Below, piece by piece: positions 1 to 11,400 of a stretch of 42,881 bases of DNA. The notes below the pieces were generated by a model. That model was not told where the DNA came from. It made no database searches and saw only the letters and a list, made by a program, of their open reading frames with translations. Source of the DNA: a virus. Lineage: Duplodnaviria; Caudoviricetes. Every line of letters starts with the position of its first letter. Within the stretch, counting starts at the first letter, position 1. The translations under genes were made by a program, and so were the position numbers. The stretch lies in the IMG/VR virus record IMGVR_UViG_3300009472_000010, positions 1 through 42,881 of that record, one strand, 5' to 3'.

Positions 1-1749
1 ATGATAATTTGATATAATTGTATCTGTGTCAAGGTTTGCTCCATTTTGGATTAATGAATATAAAATATTTTTAGTATCTCTTTTATTTGTTCCCCAAGTT
101 TTAGAATAGTCTTTAACATCTTTTTTACTTGCTTTATCTCCACCCAATGACATATTGCTAAGTATGTTATGTTGTGCTTCTGGTGGCAATGCTTGAAATC
201 CTGGGTTATTAACACCCCCACCTTTTTTCATTTTACCTGTTGTTTTCTTCCACAAGTTTTGTAATAAGTTAACAGCATTTTCAGACATCTTATTAATATC
301 ATGTCCAGCGTCTTGTGCCCATTCTGAAAATGTTCTTTTATCTTCTTCAATTGGTACACCTGAAACATCTGAAATAACTTCAGCTTGTTCGTCAAGTTGT
401 CTTTGCTTGTCCATATCCCATTCCTTAGCTTGCTGTACTGCCCAGTCAACATATGCTTGCTGGTTTTCTGGAGATGACATTTTTGAAGTATCTACATCAA
501 CATTATAATATAAAGGTTTTAAAGCCTTATGCATTTCCATTTTAGACATGCCGGAACCTGCATCTGGATCTGGATTACCTTTAGTAAGTTGAATCTTTTC
601 ACCTTTCTTAAAAGGATTATTAATACTTATACCTTCTCCTCTTTTATTTATATCAAGAAAAGCACCTTTACGGTTACCATAGTCATCTACCTCATTGGAA
701 AATAATTCATTGTTTATTGTAGAAGCTGTATTTATAAAGTCAGCTAAAATATTTGTAGATGGTGGTGGCATAAGTGGTGCAACAGAATAATTTTGATTAG
801 ACATGTATTCATTCTTAGGCCTTTTCAAATTATTTGCTAATGTGGTTTTATCCATATTAGATTCATCAGGAATAAAGACACCATTAATGTACTGTCCTGT
901 CTCTGTTCCATTTTGTGCTTTAGGAGCATCATGGCCATACCCTGCATCTTTAAGTCTAAGATGAGTAGCCATATCATTAGCTTTTATTTTTCTATCTCCT
1001 TTATACATGAAGTGTGGTTTAAATTCACCACCTTCTTTTCTAAATCTTGGATCTAAAGTGTACTTTCTATTAGGAGGATTATAAGAACCTTCTCTTTGTC
1101 TTACTCCTTCTGTATAGTTAGATGATTCCCCACCCTCTTGTTTTTTCCACTTAGCTGCATTACGTGCAAAATTAGCCATCTTAACTACAGATGGAGGATA
1201 CTTACCTTTATTAGCTAAAACCTTTCTAGCAGCTTCCTGTACACCCATACCACGTTTCTTTGCCCACGCAGTAAACTTGCCTTCATTTTCTGGTTTAATT
1301 TCTATACCAGATTTAGCTATTGTCCTTACCTGCTCTGAAATGTCCACTTCTTGTTCTTGAGATTGTGCATTTGCTGCAGCCTCTCTTTCTCTTTTAGCTA
1401 TATCTTTATTTCTAGCTAAGAGTTGTGGATCTCTATCAACTTCTTGAGGTGAAGATGGTTCAGGCGGAGCATTTACTGTTTCAAATATTGTTACAATATC
1501 TTCTTGCTCCATACCACCTACCATAAGTGCTTGACCAATAAGTTCTTGCTCAAGTTCTTGTGACATTAAATCTTTAATAATCATAACAAGATCTTTACCT
1601 TCATCAACTCCTTGTTTAATCAATTGAGTAATTTGCATTACTTTAGGATCAACCTGAGGTTGTTGAGGTGTATTTATCATACCAGGACCATCTTCAATCA
1701 TTGATCCTCCCACTTGTTTTAAACTTATTTTGTTTGCTTTCACACTCAT
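1..1749 (-). CDS. Putative virion cargo/ejected protein, runs off the left window edge (>=583 aa; absent from ORF track)
   Basis: Manual translation from ATG at 1749 (MSVKANKISLKQVGGSMIEDGPG...) is stop-free to position 1. Contains IEIKPENEGKFTAWAKKRGMGVQEAARKVLANKGKYPPSVVKMANFARNAAKWKK, a small module I recall from crAss-like virion proteins, and several KxxGG linkers. Lies downstream of the tail stabilisation gene, where crAss-like cargo genes sit. Confidence 0.85.
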   Translation of the reverse strand, partial: MSVKANKISLKQVGGSMIEDGPGMINTPQQPQVDPKVMQITQLIKQGVDEGKDLVMIIKDLMSQELEQELIGQALMVGGMEQEDIVTIFETVNAPPEPSSPQEVDRDPQLLARNKDIAKREREAAANAQSQEQEVDISEQVRTIAKSGIEIKPENEGKFTAWAKKRGMGVQEAARKVLANKGKYPPSVVKMANFARNAAKWKKQEGGESSNYTEGVRQREGSYNPPNRKYTLDPRFRKEGGEFKPHFMYKGDRKIKANDMATHLRLKDAGYGHDAPKAQNGTETGQYINGVFIPDESNMDKTTLANNLKRPKNEYMSNQNYSVAPLMPPPSTNILADFINTASTINNELFSNEVDDYGNRKGAFLDINKRGEGISINNPFKKGEKIQLTKGNPDPDAGSGMSKMEMHKALKPLYYNVDVDTSKMSSPENQQAYVDWAVQQAKEWDMDKQRQLDEQAEVISDVSGVPIEEDKRTFSEWAQDAGHDINKMSENAVNLLQNLWKKTTGKMKKGGGVNNPGFQALPPEAQHNILSNMSLGGDKASKKDVKDYSKTWGTNKRDTKNILYSLIQNGANLDTDTIISNYH

Positions 1750-1762
1750 AATATTATAATAT

Positions 1763-1773
1763 TAATATACAAA
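1763..1773 (-). promoter_or_regulatory. Promoter-like motif TTTGTATATTA
   Basis: Identical 11-mer at 18410-18420 and 28014-28024, each intergenic and upstream of a minus-strand gene. Confidence 0.55.
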
Positions 1774-1803
1774 TAATTACTCAGAATCACTAATTTATTA
1801 GGT

Positions 1804-4800
1804 TTAAGAATTGCCTAGCAGGTTAGTCATTATGTAATTCTGCGGTGACAATCCTCTTTGTTTTGCATCTCTATAGTGTATTCTATTTAATTTATCATAA
1901 ATTTTTTCTGCTTCTATTTTATCATTACCTGTATAACCACCATTCATAAACTTTTTGTAAGTAAGGTATTTATTAATTGAACCACCAAATTCTTTTTTGC
2001 CTATAAATTCATTATAACCTTTTAAAAATCTATCATAATGATTCTTATCTGTTCTATTATATGTATCCATGTAGTAATTATACAATGCTTTAGGATCTTT
2101 ACTAGATGGCAATGGATTTTTATTTGTTCCATATTGATATCTTGATGCAGCAACATTTGCTTTTATATCATTACGTAGATGTTCATCCATATGCTCTAGA
2201 TCATAACCCATACTGTCAAACCAATCTATATATTTTTTTTGACTTGCAGTATAATCATTTGCACCTTTTCTCATTTCAAACATATGCTTATAAGCTATAT
2301 CATCTATTGACATAGGACCCCTTGTATAATCTCTACCATAAGCATCTGCATTAGCCCCATAAGAATTTTCCATAAAAGCAGTCATAATTAACAAATCTCT
2401 TAAGTTTTCATCTCCTCCTTGATCATTTACTATAAAATTAATTGCATCAGTAAGTTCAGTTCTTCTTGTTTGAGATTCTTCATCTATATCTCTATATGGG
2501 TTATATGTCTTTTTAGCCAACTGTTTGTTTATAGCATCTAGATTTTTCTCTACTTCTCCTTTGTCTTGGTATTCTTCTAAAGACTCACCGCCTTTCTGTT
2601 TGTATATATTAGGATCAGTCATATCAAACATACCATTATTACCTATTGATGATTTCATTTGATTATTAAAAGGAGTTACTCCTTCTTGTAAAGGGCTGTC
2701 TATAGCTCTTAAAAAATCTCCACCTTGATCAATAAAACTTTCTTTTACTGGATTTCTAGGAAAATTCATTTTTATAAAACTAATGATGTCGTCATCTGTT
2801 TTAAGCCATTGATTTTGTTTAATCAACCTTTTTCCTAGATCACTAGCTTTCCAATCAGCTAATGAAGGTAAGTTATCCATAATTTTACCAAAGTTTCTAT
2901 AATCTAAAATATCATCAGTAGTGAGTGGATTTTTAGCATTAATATAAAGCTCATATAAATTTGCTGTAGGTTTATCAGTCCCACTCTTACCAGCTATCTT
3001 TTTGGTTCTATTTTTATTTGGATTAGCATAAGATTTGAGTATAGCTTCTTTATCAGTGCTTGTATAAACACCCTTTCCATATTCACCACTATAAAATTTA
3101 CTTTCATCAAAGATATCAAACTTACTACCACTGCCATGATAGTTTATTAAAGGAGACCCACTATCATCTAAAAGGGCATTTGGAAAAGCTTTTTTATAAT
3201 TACTACTTCTTATCTGTACCCATTGCTCAGGTGTGCCTTTAAACATAGAGCCATCTGGATTCTTCATCCATGTACCATCTGCTTTTCCAATTTTTTCAAT
3301 AGCATTATACTCTTCCATGAGAGATTTATTATTTGGTATTTCTTTATTCCATTTACTCCAATTTGGTCTTACTGATGGAATTCTACCCTTAACATTTGCA
3401 TTAGCATTGCTCATTGACCTACTTGTATTTGCTGCAATCTTTTGTAAAGGTGTCTTAAGATTTTTTGCAGCTACTAAAGATGCTGGTATAAAGGGTAAAG
3501 CACCCAAGGTGTTAAAGGTTGCATTTAAATACTCTTCTTCTTTAAAATCTTGAGCAGCATTTTCTCCATACTGATACCATGCAAAAGGATTTAAAATATC
3601 AACAACCATGTCAAAGTTATTTCTATTAGGATTATTAACATCTAATCCATCAGGAATATCTTCACCTCTTACACTATAACCAAAAGAAGTAAAAGGATTT
3701 GCTAAATAGTCTGCTGCTTTTTCATACCAAGCTGGTTCTTTATACTGTGATATGGTAGCTCCTTTTTGAGCTTTAGGTAATGCACCACCATATTGAGCCA
3801 TTTCAGGTTGATCAGAATTATTTACAGCTATTTCATTAAAATACATTTTCATTTTAGGCAATACTTCTTTTTTCTTTTCATCAAAAGTATTTTGAAGGTT
3901 TATCTTTTTTTCAGTATATCCCTCATTTAATTTATTTTTTACCCCACTATATATTACATCTAAAACTTTAGTGGCTATTTTCTTTTTACGTTTGTTTTTT
4001 CCATTGTAATCTTCTAATAAAGAATTATAATCAGAATACTTTTGTTTATCTTTTAAATCATTTTGACTACTATTAAATATAGTATTAAAAGTATCCATAT
4101 CCATAGACGGTTCATATTCTGAATTTATTATATTGTTTATTATAAAATCATTATTACGTGAACCAGGTCTTGCCTCAGCTATTTCATCGTTAAGATCCCC
4201 TTGCTCTATTTTAAGTCTTTTGATACCATATTGTATTCTTTCCAACTCTGAATAACCTAGCTTATCTAAATGCATTCTTGCTGCACTTTCAGGGTTAAAT
4301 CTTCTACTGCTTAACATTTTATTTAAATTACCTTCACCAAACTCACCCTTAGTGTTATCCCAAATATTGGCATTTTTAAGACTTTGTTCATTCTCAGATC
4401 GTACAGAACTTATCTCCCAAGGTTTCATAGCCCAACTACCATATTTTTGTCCTTCTTGAGTAAAATAATCCTCACCAAATAAATTAGACAACCAATTTTT
4501 ATATCTTTTACCAGGTATTCTTTCCCAAGTATTTCCTTTATCTACTACTGTAAAGTCTTCTCCTTCTGGTTCAAACAATGGTGAATTCTCTGTATTATAT
4601 GAATGTGCATATTCATGAACTATAGTACCCTTTTCTTTATCAAAAGGTACTACATCACGGTCACCCATAATATAAGGATCTCTCTTGTCTGCTAACTGAA
4701 TTAAATATGAGTACTGATCAAACTCAGGAAAATCTGGAGTGGAACCATCTGGATAATCAATATTAAAATTTTTCTGATACAAACCTCTAGCATTTCTATA

Positions 4801-5457
4801 GTCAAGTTCTTGACTACTAGAAAAAGGATAGATAAAAGGGGTTATGCCTCTCTTATAACCTTTGTTTGAACTGTGTGTAACAAAAGGCATCTTTACAGCA
4901 AAGTCTGGACCAGCTGCCGTAAAGTCAATTTGTGAATTTATTCTAGATGTTAATTCTTCATCAGATAAATTTTCTCCACTTATATTAAATATATTTTTTT
5001 TATATCTTTCTCTAAAAGCTGGTGTTGACAATTTATATAGAAGATCATCTTTTTGCTTTTGAGTATCTATCTTTTCATATTTGTCTTTAGCAAATTCAAA
5101 AAGCTTACCTTCATCATAACCCTTCCTGGTATTTATTTTACCTGTTCTATCATCTATTTCAAACTCTTCCTGAACTGTCTCATCACCATATTGAGCTTTA
5201 GGTACTTCAAACACTTGATCACCTGGAAACTGATAGTTCATACCTGGCTGCATCATTTGACTATTACCTAAGTTATCTATACCTATAACTGGAAAGTCTA
5301 CATCCTCCATAGTTATATTGCCTGAGTCAATTATATTAAATGGATTATTTAAATCATCACTATAACGTTTATAACCTTCTACTGATATATATTGTGTTAT
5401 ATCTTGTAAAAACTCATTTGGTCCACCCGGCAATCCTATGCTTTTTTTCTTTCCCAT
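1804..5457 (-). CDS. Polyvalent virion cargo protein: zincin metallopeptidase + ADP-ribosyltransferase-like + lysozyme-like modules
   Basis: HEYAH (HExxH, 4603-4617) followed by PWE. WMKNPDG...EQWVQIRS...PLINYHGS...GKGVYTS...LYINAKNPL...QMKSSIGNNGMFD resembles ART domains of polyvalent phage proteins. LLIMTAFMENSYG...GPMSID...LP...YYMDTYN resembles a transglycosylase/lysozyme-like fold. Confidence 0.7.
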   Translation of the reverse strand: MGKKKSIGLPGGPNEFLQDITQYISVEGYKRYSDDLNNPFNIIDSGNITMEDVDFPVIGIDNLGNSQMMQPGMNYQFPGDQVFEVPKAQYGDETVQEEFEIDDRTGKINTRKGYDEGKLFEFAKDKYEKIDTQKQKDDLLYKLSTPAFRERYKKNIFNISGENLSDEELTSRINSQIDFTAAGPDFAVKMPFVTHSSNKGYKRGITPFIYPFSSSQELDYRNARGLYQKNFNIDYPDGSTPDFPEFDQYSYLIQLADKRDPYIMGDRDVVPFDKEKGTIVHEYAHSYNTENSPLFEPEGEDFTVVDKGNTWERIPGKRYKNWLSNLFGEDYFTQEGQKYGSWAMKPWEISSVRSENEQSLKNANIWDNTKGEFGEGNLNKMLSSRRFNPESAARMHLDKLGYSELERIQYGIKRLKIEQGDLNDEIAEARPGSRNNDFIINNIINSEYEPSMDMDTFNTIFNSSQNDLKDKQKYSDYNSLLEDYNGKNKRKKKIATKVLDVIYSGVKNKLNEGYTEKKINLQNTFDEKKKEVLPKMKMYFNEIAVNNSDQPEMAQYGGALPKAQKGATISQYKEPAWYEKAADYLANPFTSFGYSVRGEDIPDGLDVNNPNRNNFDMVVDILNPFAWYQYGENAAQDFKEEEYLNATFNTLGALPFIPASLVAAKNLKTPLQKIAANTSRSMSNANANVKGRIPSVRPNWSKWNKEIPNNKSLMEEYNAIEKIGKADGTWMKNPDGSMFKGTPEQWVQIRSSNYKKAFPNALLDDSGSPLINYHGSGSKFDIFDESKFYSGEYGKGVYTSTDKEAILKSYANPNKNRTKKIAGKSGTDKPTANLYELYINAKNPLTTDDILDYRNFGKIMDNLPSLADWKASDLGKRLIKQNQWLKTDDDIISFIKMNFPRNPVKESFIDQGGDFLRAIDSPLQEGVTPFNNQMKSSIGNNGMFDMTDPNIYKQKGGESLEEYQDKGEVEKNLDAINKQLAKKTYNPYRDIDEESQTRRTELTDAINFIVNDQGGDENLRDLLIMTAFMENSYGANADAYGRDYTRGPMSIDDIAYKHMFEMRKGANDYTASQKKYIDWFDSMGYDLEHMDEHLRNDIKANVAASRYQYGTNKNPLPSSKDPKALYNYYMDTYNRTDKNHYDRFLKGYNEFIGKKEFGGSINKYLTYKKFMNGGYTGNDKIEAEKIYDKLNRIHYRDAKQRGLSPQNYIMTNLLGNS

Positions 5458-5458
5458 G

Positions 5459-8400
5459 TTATCTCTGTGATAATAATAATTTAGTATTCTCTAATCTTAA
5501 TAGCATTTTTTTATTTCCTGATACTTGTCTTCTAAGTAAAACATGATTAGAATAATGTCTAAACTTTTTTCTTTGAGTTTCAGGTTTAAAGTAATTAAGA
5601 TTTGTTTGGTTTAGTGGTCTAGTATACCCATTGCATTGAGTGTTAAAGACAGATTGCTCTGCATTAGTAAACTCACCTCTATCATTAGTAATATCCCAGA
5701 ATTGGTTTATTCTAAATTTATGTTCTACTTTAGATGCTAACACTGTCATATCATTAGCAGTTACTATGGGGTATGTTAATTCACCCCATGGATTATTAAA
5801 TGGCTGTGAAGTAATATTTAATAAACCTGATACCTGATCATTATTATAAATAATAGCTTTATCAAAGTTAAATAGTAAATCTTCATATTTATCACCACCA
5901 CACATATTATACTCTGGCTCACCTTTGTATATATATGTTTCTAATTGATATTCTATACTTCTTATAGTATTTACTTGCTGACCAGTGTTGTTAATTAATT
6001 CTACTTCCCAAGCATAATTATCACCATAATAATTTGCAAATAAATCACATCTAACATTATGTCTCCAAAATGACCCTACTTTATAGTTAGCTTGTACAAA
6101 ATCAGCATAGTAGTAATTACATTCTGGCGGAGTTGGATCAACCCAATTAGGATCACCTATTAAACCTAATTCAGGAAATGTATCTGGACAAGTTCCAAGT
6201 GTAGTTGTTGTTGTGCCTACGGGTCCTGGAGGACAATCCTCACACTCTACCTTTCTACAAACAGGTGGATTTATATCATCACATGTTCCTGTAGCATCCG
6301 TATAGAATCCATTAGTAGCATTAGGATATACTAGTGTATAGCCTGCTGGGCAATCACAACTAAATGGAATAGTACAAACTTGATTTGCTATTTGTTGTGC
6401 TGTAGCCTGCAATGATGCTGGAACACTTGCATTCATTATAAATTGATTTGGTCCAGGTGTTATTGGAGGACCTGGATTATAGTATGCATTAGCAGGACCT
6501 GCACCAGCACCAACTGTTATTTGATCAATAATAGTTGCATTACCTGGACCATTTGCATTTGGACTTACAAACACAGACATCAACTCTTGGTTAACTGGGC
6601 CACCTGCTCCAGGTATAACATTTGCACTTTGCAAAGAATTAAAACTTTGTGGAGTTAATATGTTGTTACCCGAAGTAATTGCATTACCATCTGTTACTAC
6701 AATTAAAATTTGTCTAAAGAAAGGATCAGCACTTCTTGCTGGATAATTAGCAGCATAAGCTGATCCAGCTTTATTATTAAGCTGTGTTAATCCATTGTTT
6801 CTTGCAAGTTGTGCATTGGTCTGACCACCTATACCATTTTGACTTGTCCAGTTATTTTGAAACCATGTTCTTGCTTGAGCTCCAGTAACAGCTCCTAACA
6901 TAGACTCTCCTGTACCAGTTGGATTTGCTTGAGCTGAACCAGTTGCCCAAGCTAAAAACCCTATCTGCATAGTATTTGCAGTTAATGCTGCTTGTATAGC
7001 AGGATCATCTATAAAAGCCACCAACCATGTTAATTCTCCATCTGCTAAACTGTTTTGACCAGGGTTTGGATTACCTGTACTACCAGATGCATCTATAGCA
7101 ATTACAATATCTAATAAACAATTTTGTGGACCACCTGTAACTGTTGCAGGTATATCTTCTACTGTCACTGTTTGTGGCTCAGTAATATTTATAATGTTTT
7201 CACATTGACCTGTTGTAGAATTAAATGTATATCCTGGAGGGCAAATAGGTACTTCACTATCAATTGTTTTAGTAGTAAAGAAATGATTAATACTTGGTAA
7301 TGCAAACTCAGGATGCCAGTCGTGGAATGATATCCATGCGTTAGCTTTAATGTCATAACTTATAGTCCAAGAACAATCATTAAAATAAATTGGATCACCT
7401 ATAGCTACAGGTATATCCTTTACTTGCCAAGGTACATCAATCCTTACTGGTAAACTTAAATCATCAGAAAATGTTGCTTTATTAGCCCACTCAGATTTTA
7501 ATGAAAAATCTTTCTTCATAAAATAGACTATATCATCATTAGGATCATACATAACTTGACAACCTACTCCTACTACAGGATTGTCAACCCATTCTGTACC
7601 TTCTGATTGTGGAAATTGTTTTATAAACCTTGATGGTAAATATTTATTAAACCACCATTTCATACCTTGATTAGATATAGCATTTAATCCTTTACCAGGT
7701 GTAAATTGGAATATCTTACCTTGAGCTTGAGAAATATAAAATAATCCAGCTGGTGTATTTATAATACCTCTCTGACTTTCCAATGATCCATATTCATTGC
7801 TTAAATCAGAATTAACTATATTCATTAACTTCTGTTTAAACAATGCCCCGTCTCCTACTGATACTAATGTATTTACATCTGTTTTTAATTGGAAAGATCC
7901 ATCAAACATTTGAGGTGATTGATATGGAAAAAATATTACTGCCCCATTTTTATTAAATGGTTTTATAACTGAAACTATATTTTTAAAATCTTTATAGTTA
8001 GCAAATAAATATTGTCTCCAATAATCTTTTCTATCTTCTTCATTAGCTTGTAAAGAATAGATTAATCTCTTTGGGTAAGCTGTATAACAAGTTTCTGCAA
8101 CCAAAGGGTTATAGTCTCTTGGTTGTATCTCAGCAAAGTTTGTGTTTTGTGTTATAAACTTTGATGGGCTAAGTGATTCATCATACTTATAAAAATTATC
8201 AAACTTCTGTATCTCAGCATGAAATAAATCTCCTAAATCATTATATTCATATGTATCATAAAACCTTCTTTCTTTAGGTTCTTCCCAATCTCTATAAGCT
8301 ATATTAATTTCTGTCTCAACATAAAAATCATTTATACCATTCACATGAGTATACATGTATGCATGATTCATTGCAAAAGTATAATTTAAATTATCCGTAT

Positions 8401-11400
8401 TAAAAAGAGTTAAAGGAAAAAAGTCCCATCCACAAGTAGCACCTCTATCTAAATAGTAATAGTCATTTGGTAAATCATTACTATTTGGATTAAATATACC
8501 ACTTAAACCAAATGTAGATACCAACTCTGCTAATGATCCTAAATCATACTTTCTACTATTAACCCAATATCTTGGATAAGGAATATTATATCTTAAAAAA
8601 TAATCAAATGGATAACCATCATATTGCCCTATTAAAAAATCTGTAAATAAAGGCATTATACATTTCTCAGTATATCTACCAATAAATACATCACCACTAA
8701 ATACAGGTGAGCTGGTATACTTAAAGTCTACAGGATTTGTTTGATCAAGATTATTAACACAACCTCTCATTTGAACTTGCTTAATACCATCAAGTTGACC
8801 ATATTGATTATCCATATTAAATTTAAGTGCACCGTAAAGTGCAGATATATTTGATCCCCATGGACCTTCTGGATTTAATAATCTGTTTTCTACATCTAGC
8901 CAATTGACTCCTGAAGCAGCATTTGTGTTAGATGGACAATATCCACCTAATGTAAATCTTGAATTATCTTGAACTGCATAAAGGCTAGAATCAATAGGAT
9001 CTACTGTAGATACTGCAACTGTGTTTGGTCTAAATAAATTATTTATTTTATATTGATTTTGATCAAATGTTTGAAATGATGAACCAATATAGTTTGCAGC
9101 TTCATTTAAAGTTCTATATGTGGTATTTATTGAACCAGCACTAAAGTTACTATAAAATCCATGTGAGTTGTATTTTAAAGTGTGTTCTTCAAAACTAGTT
9201 AAATTATAAATAAGATCAATAATTTCTTGTCCTCCAACAGCAATGTTTTTCTGTAGCATTGTAGTAGACATTGCTATTCTAAATACTCTTGATAAGTTTG
9301 ACTCTGAGCTGTCTAAAGTAACACCTTGCTGAGCACCACCACCCATAAGACCCATACCATTCTGTGGCCCTTGTGTAGTTGCTTCAATATTGTCTATTGC
9401 TTGTTCTTCTAATCTATCTTTTAATGTATTATCAACACCTAGACCTTGTAATAAGTTATCTACTCCATCACCAAATAATTCTCCAAGAAAATTTAATATA
9501 TTAAATGGTCCTCCACCAGAAGTTTGTGTATTAACATAATTATTAATTGCATCATGTGCACCAGTTTCTGCATCAGGACCTTTTTGATTATTAGTATTAT
9601 TTTGCCCAGTATTATCTGTACCACCACCACTAGCATTAAAACTATCTGTTGAAGTACCACCACCACCTGGTGTAACTACTGTTGCAGTTAAAAATTCAGT
9701 GATGTTAAGATTTTTAAATTTAAGCAACCATTCAGGAAATGCATTATTAATAGCCTGAGTAGGTAAAGCTTTAGTATCTGGTGTACCATTAATATTTCTA
9801 AAGGCATAACCAATACCTATAATAGCAGATAAATATGATGTAATATTTCTAAGTAGTTTTTGCTGTGGATGTTTTTCAGAAGGTATAAAACCACCTTGTG
9901 CTTTACCATTTATCTGACCATAGAATACAGTTTCATATGCATTTAAATATGGTTTAGTAAACATTAAATCAGGTGAGTGGAATGTAAATACATCTTCAGT
10001 AAAACCACATAATGCATTGTACTCTTGAACTGATGCTTGTACACCAGGATCACATCCTTCTGTTCTTCTATGTGTAGTATGATATACATCACACCTTAAA
10101 TCATTATATGGGTAATTAGGATACAAACCTTGTGCATTACCTAATAAATTTTGATCAGCTGGTACATCATACTTACGCATGTTTTTAAACATACCTTTTG
10201 CAAGAACAGTTTTGTTTCCTAACCTTGAACCTCTTAATACTTCATAACCCTGAATATTTAAAATTGGTGTGCCATCATTATATAATGGTCTTTTTATATT
10301 TGAAAACTCCACCCCTAAAATACGTATACCACTATCATTATTATCAGATATAGTTAATAGAGGATCTATCATTTCACTAGGCATTTTGTGATGCCTAATA
10401 AACTCACCACATAATTCAGCACTAGGATCAAACTCATTTGACCAAGTGTGTGAACTTGAATTCCAAATTTCTGGAGTTTTATCAGGATATCTTTCTGTTG
10501 ATTCCCAATAACCCATTTGACCCCTAGCTATAATATTACTACCATCAGGCTGAGGTTCTATTGGTACAGCACCACCTGAAGCTGTATTATAAACTTTAAA
10601 TACTGGGTCACCTGCTGGATCTAATACATTAGTACCATATATAATTTCTCTTTCATTTTCATCTACCCCATTAGGCAAAGTATAATCCTGAGGACCTCTG
10701 CCTGGTATGTGATAGGATGAAGATCTTTCTCCAGTATTATATATCCATCTTATAAAAAAGGCATATTGCTCATCACGCATAAACCCAATCTTGTTGCCGG
10801 CATTTATATAATAATCTTGAGTAACTTCATTTATAACCCAGTTTGTTCTAATGTTATTAGCCAAAGGCTGATAATTAAAATCAAACTGCTCAGTTGGTCC
10901 TTGTCTAATTAAATAATCATTTACCACATACATGGCTTCTGATTTTTCATACAAAGGAGATTGTCTAAATAAATCTTCAAATGAAATAGATATTAATGCT
11001 TGATCAATATAATCTATATTAATACTAGCAACTTCAGTACTGTAGTTACCTATTCTTTTTGTATATATTTGACCTTGTTGTCTTATCAAAAGAACTAAAT
11101 CAAAATAAAAATAATCTTTGTCTAAATTGCTTAATGCAATATCTAATGAACCACCACTACCTCTATGTGACCATAAAGTCTGGATATTAGATATACCTAT
11201 ATAGTCTGATATAACCTGATCATTTTCTGTATAAGCTATATAAGCTTGATATGCTCCATTTAATAAAGTACCTCCATCAGTAGCTTTTGTAAGTTGTAGA
11301 CATGGAGTATCAACTAAAGGATGTAACCTTATCTTTTCACAATCTAAAAAAGTTGTGTCCTCATATATAACACAAGGTTCACCATCAAGATCAGGTCCTG

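Noticed and set aside
228-452. 74-aa minus-strand ORF in the track
   Set aside because: Alternative frame inside the longer 1749..<1 ORF.
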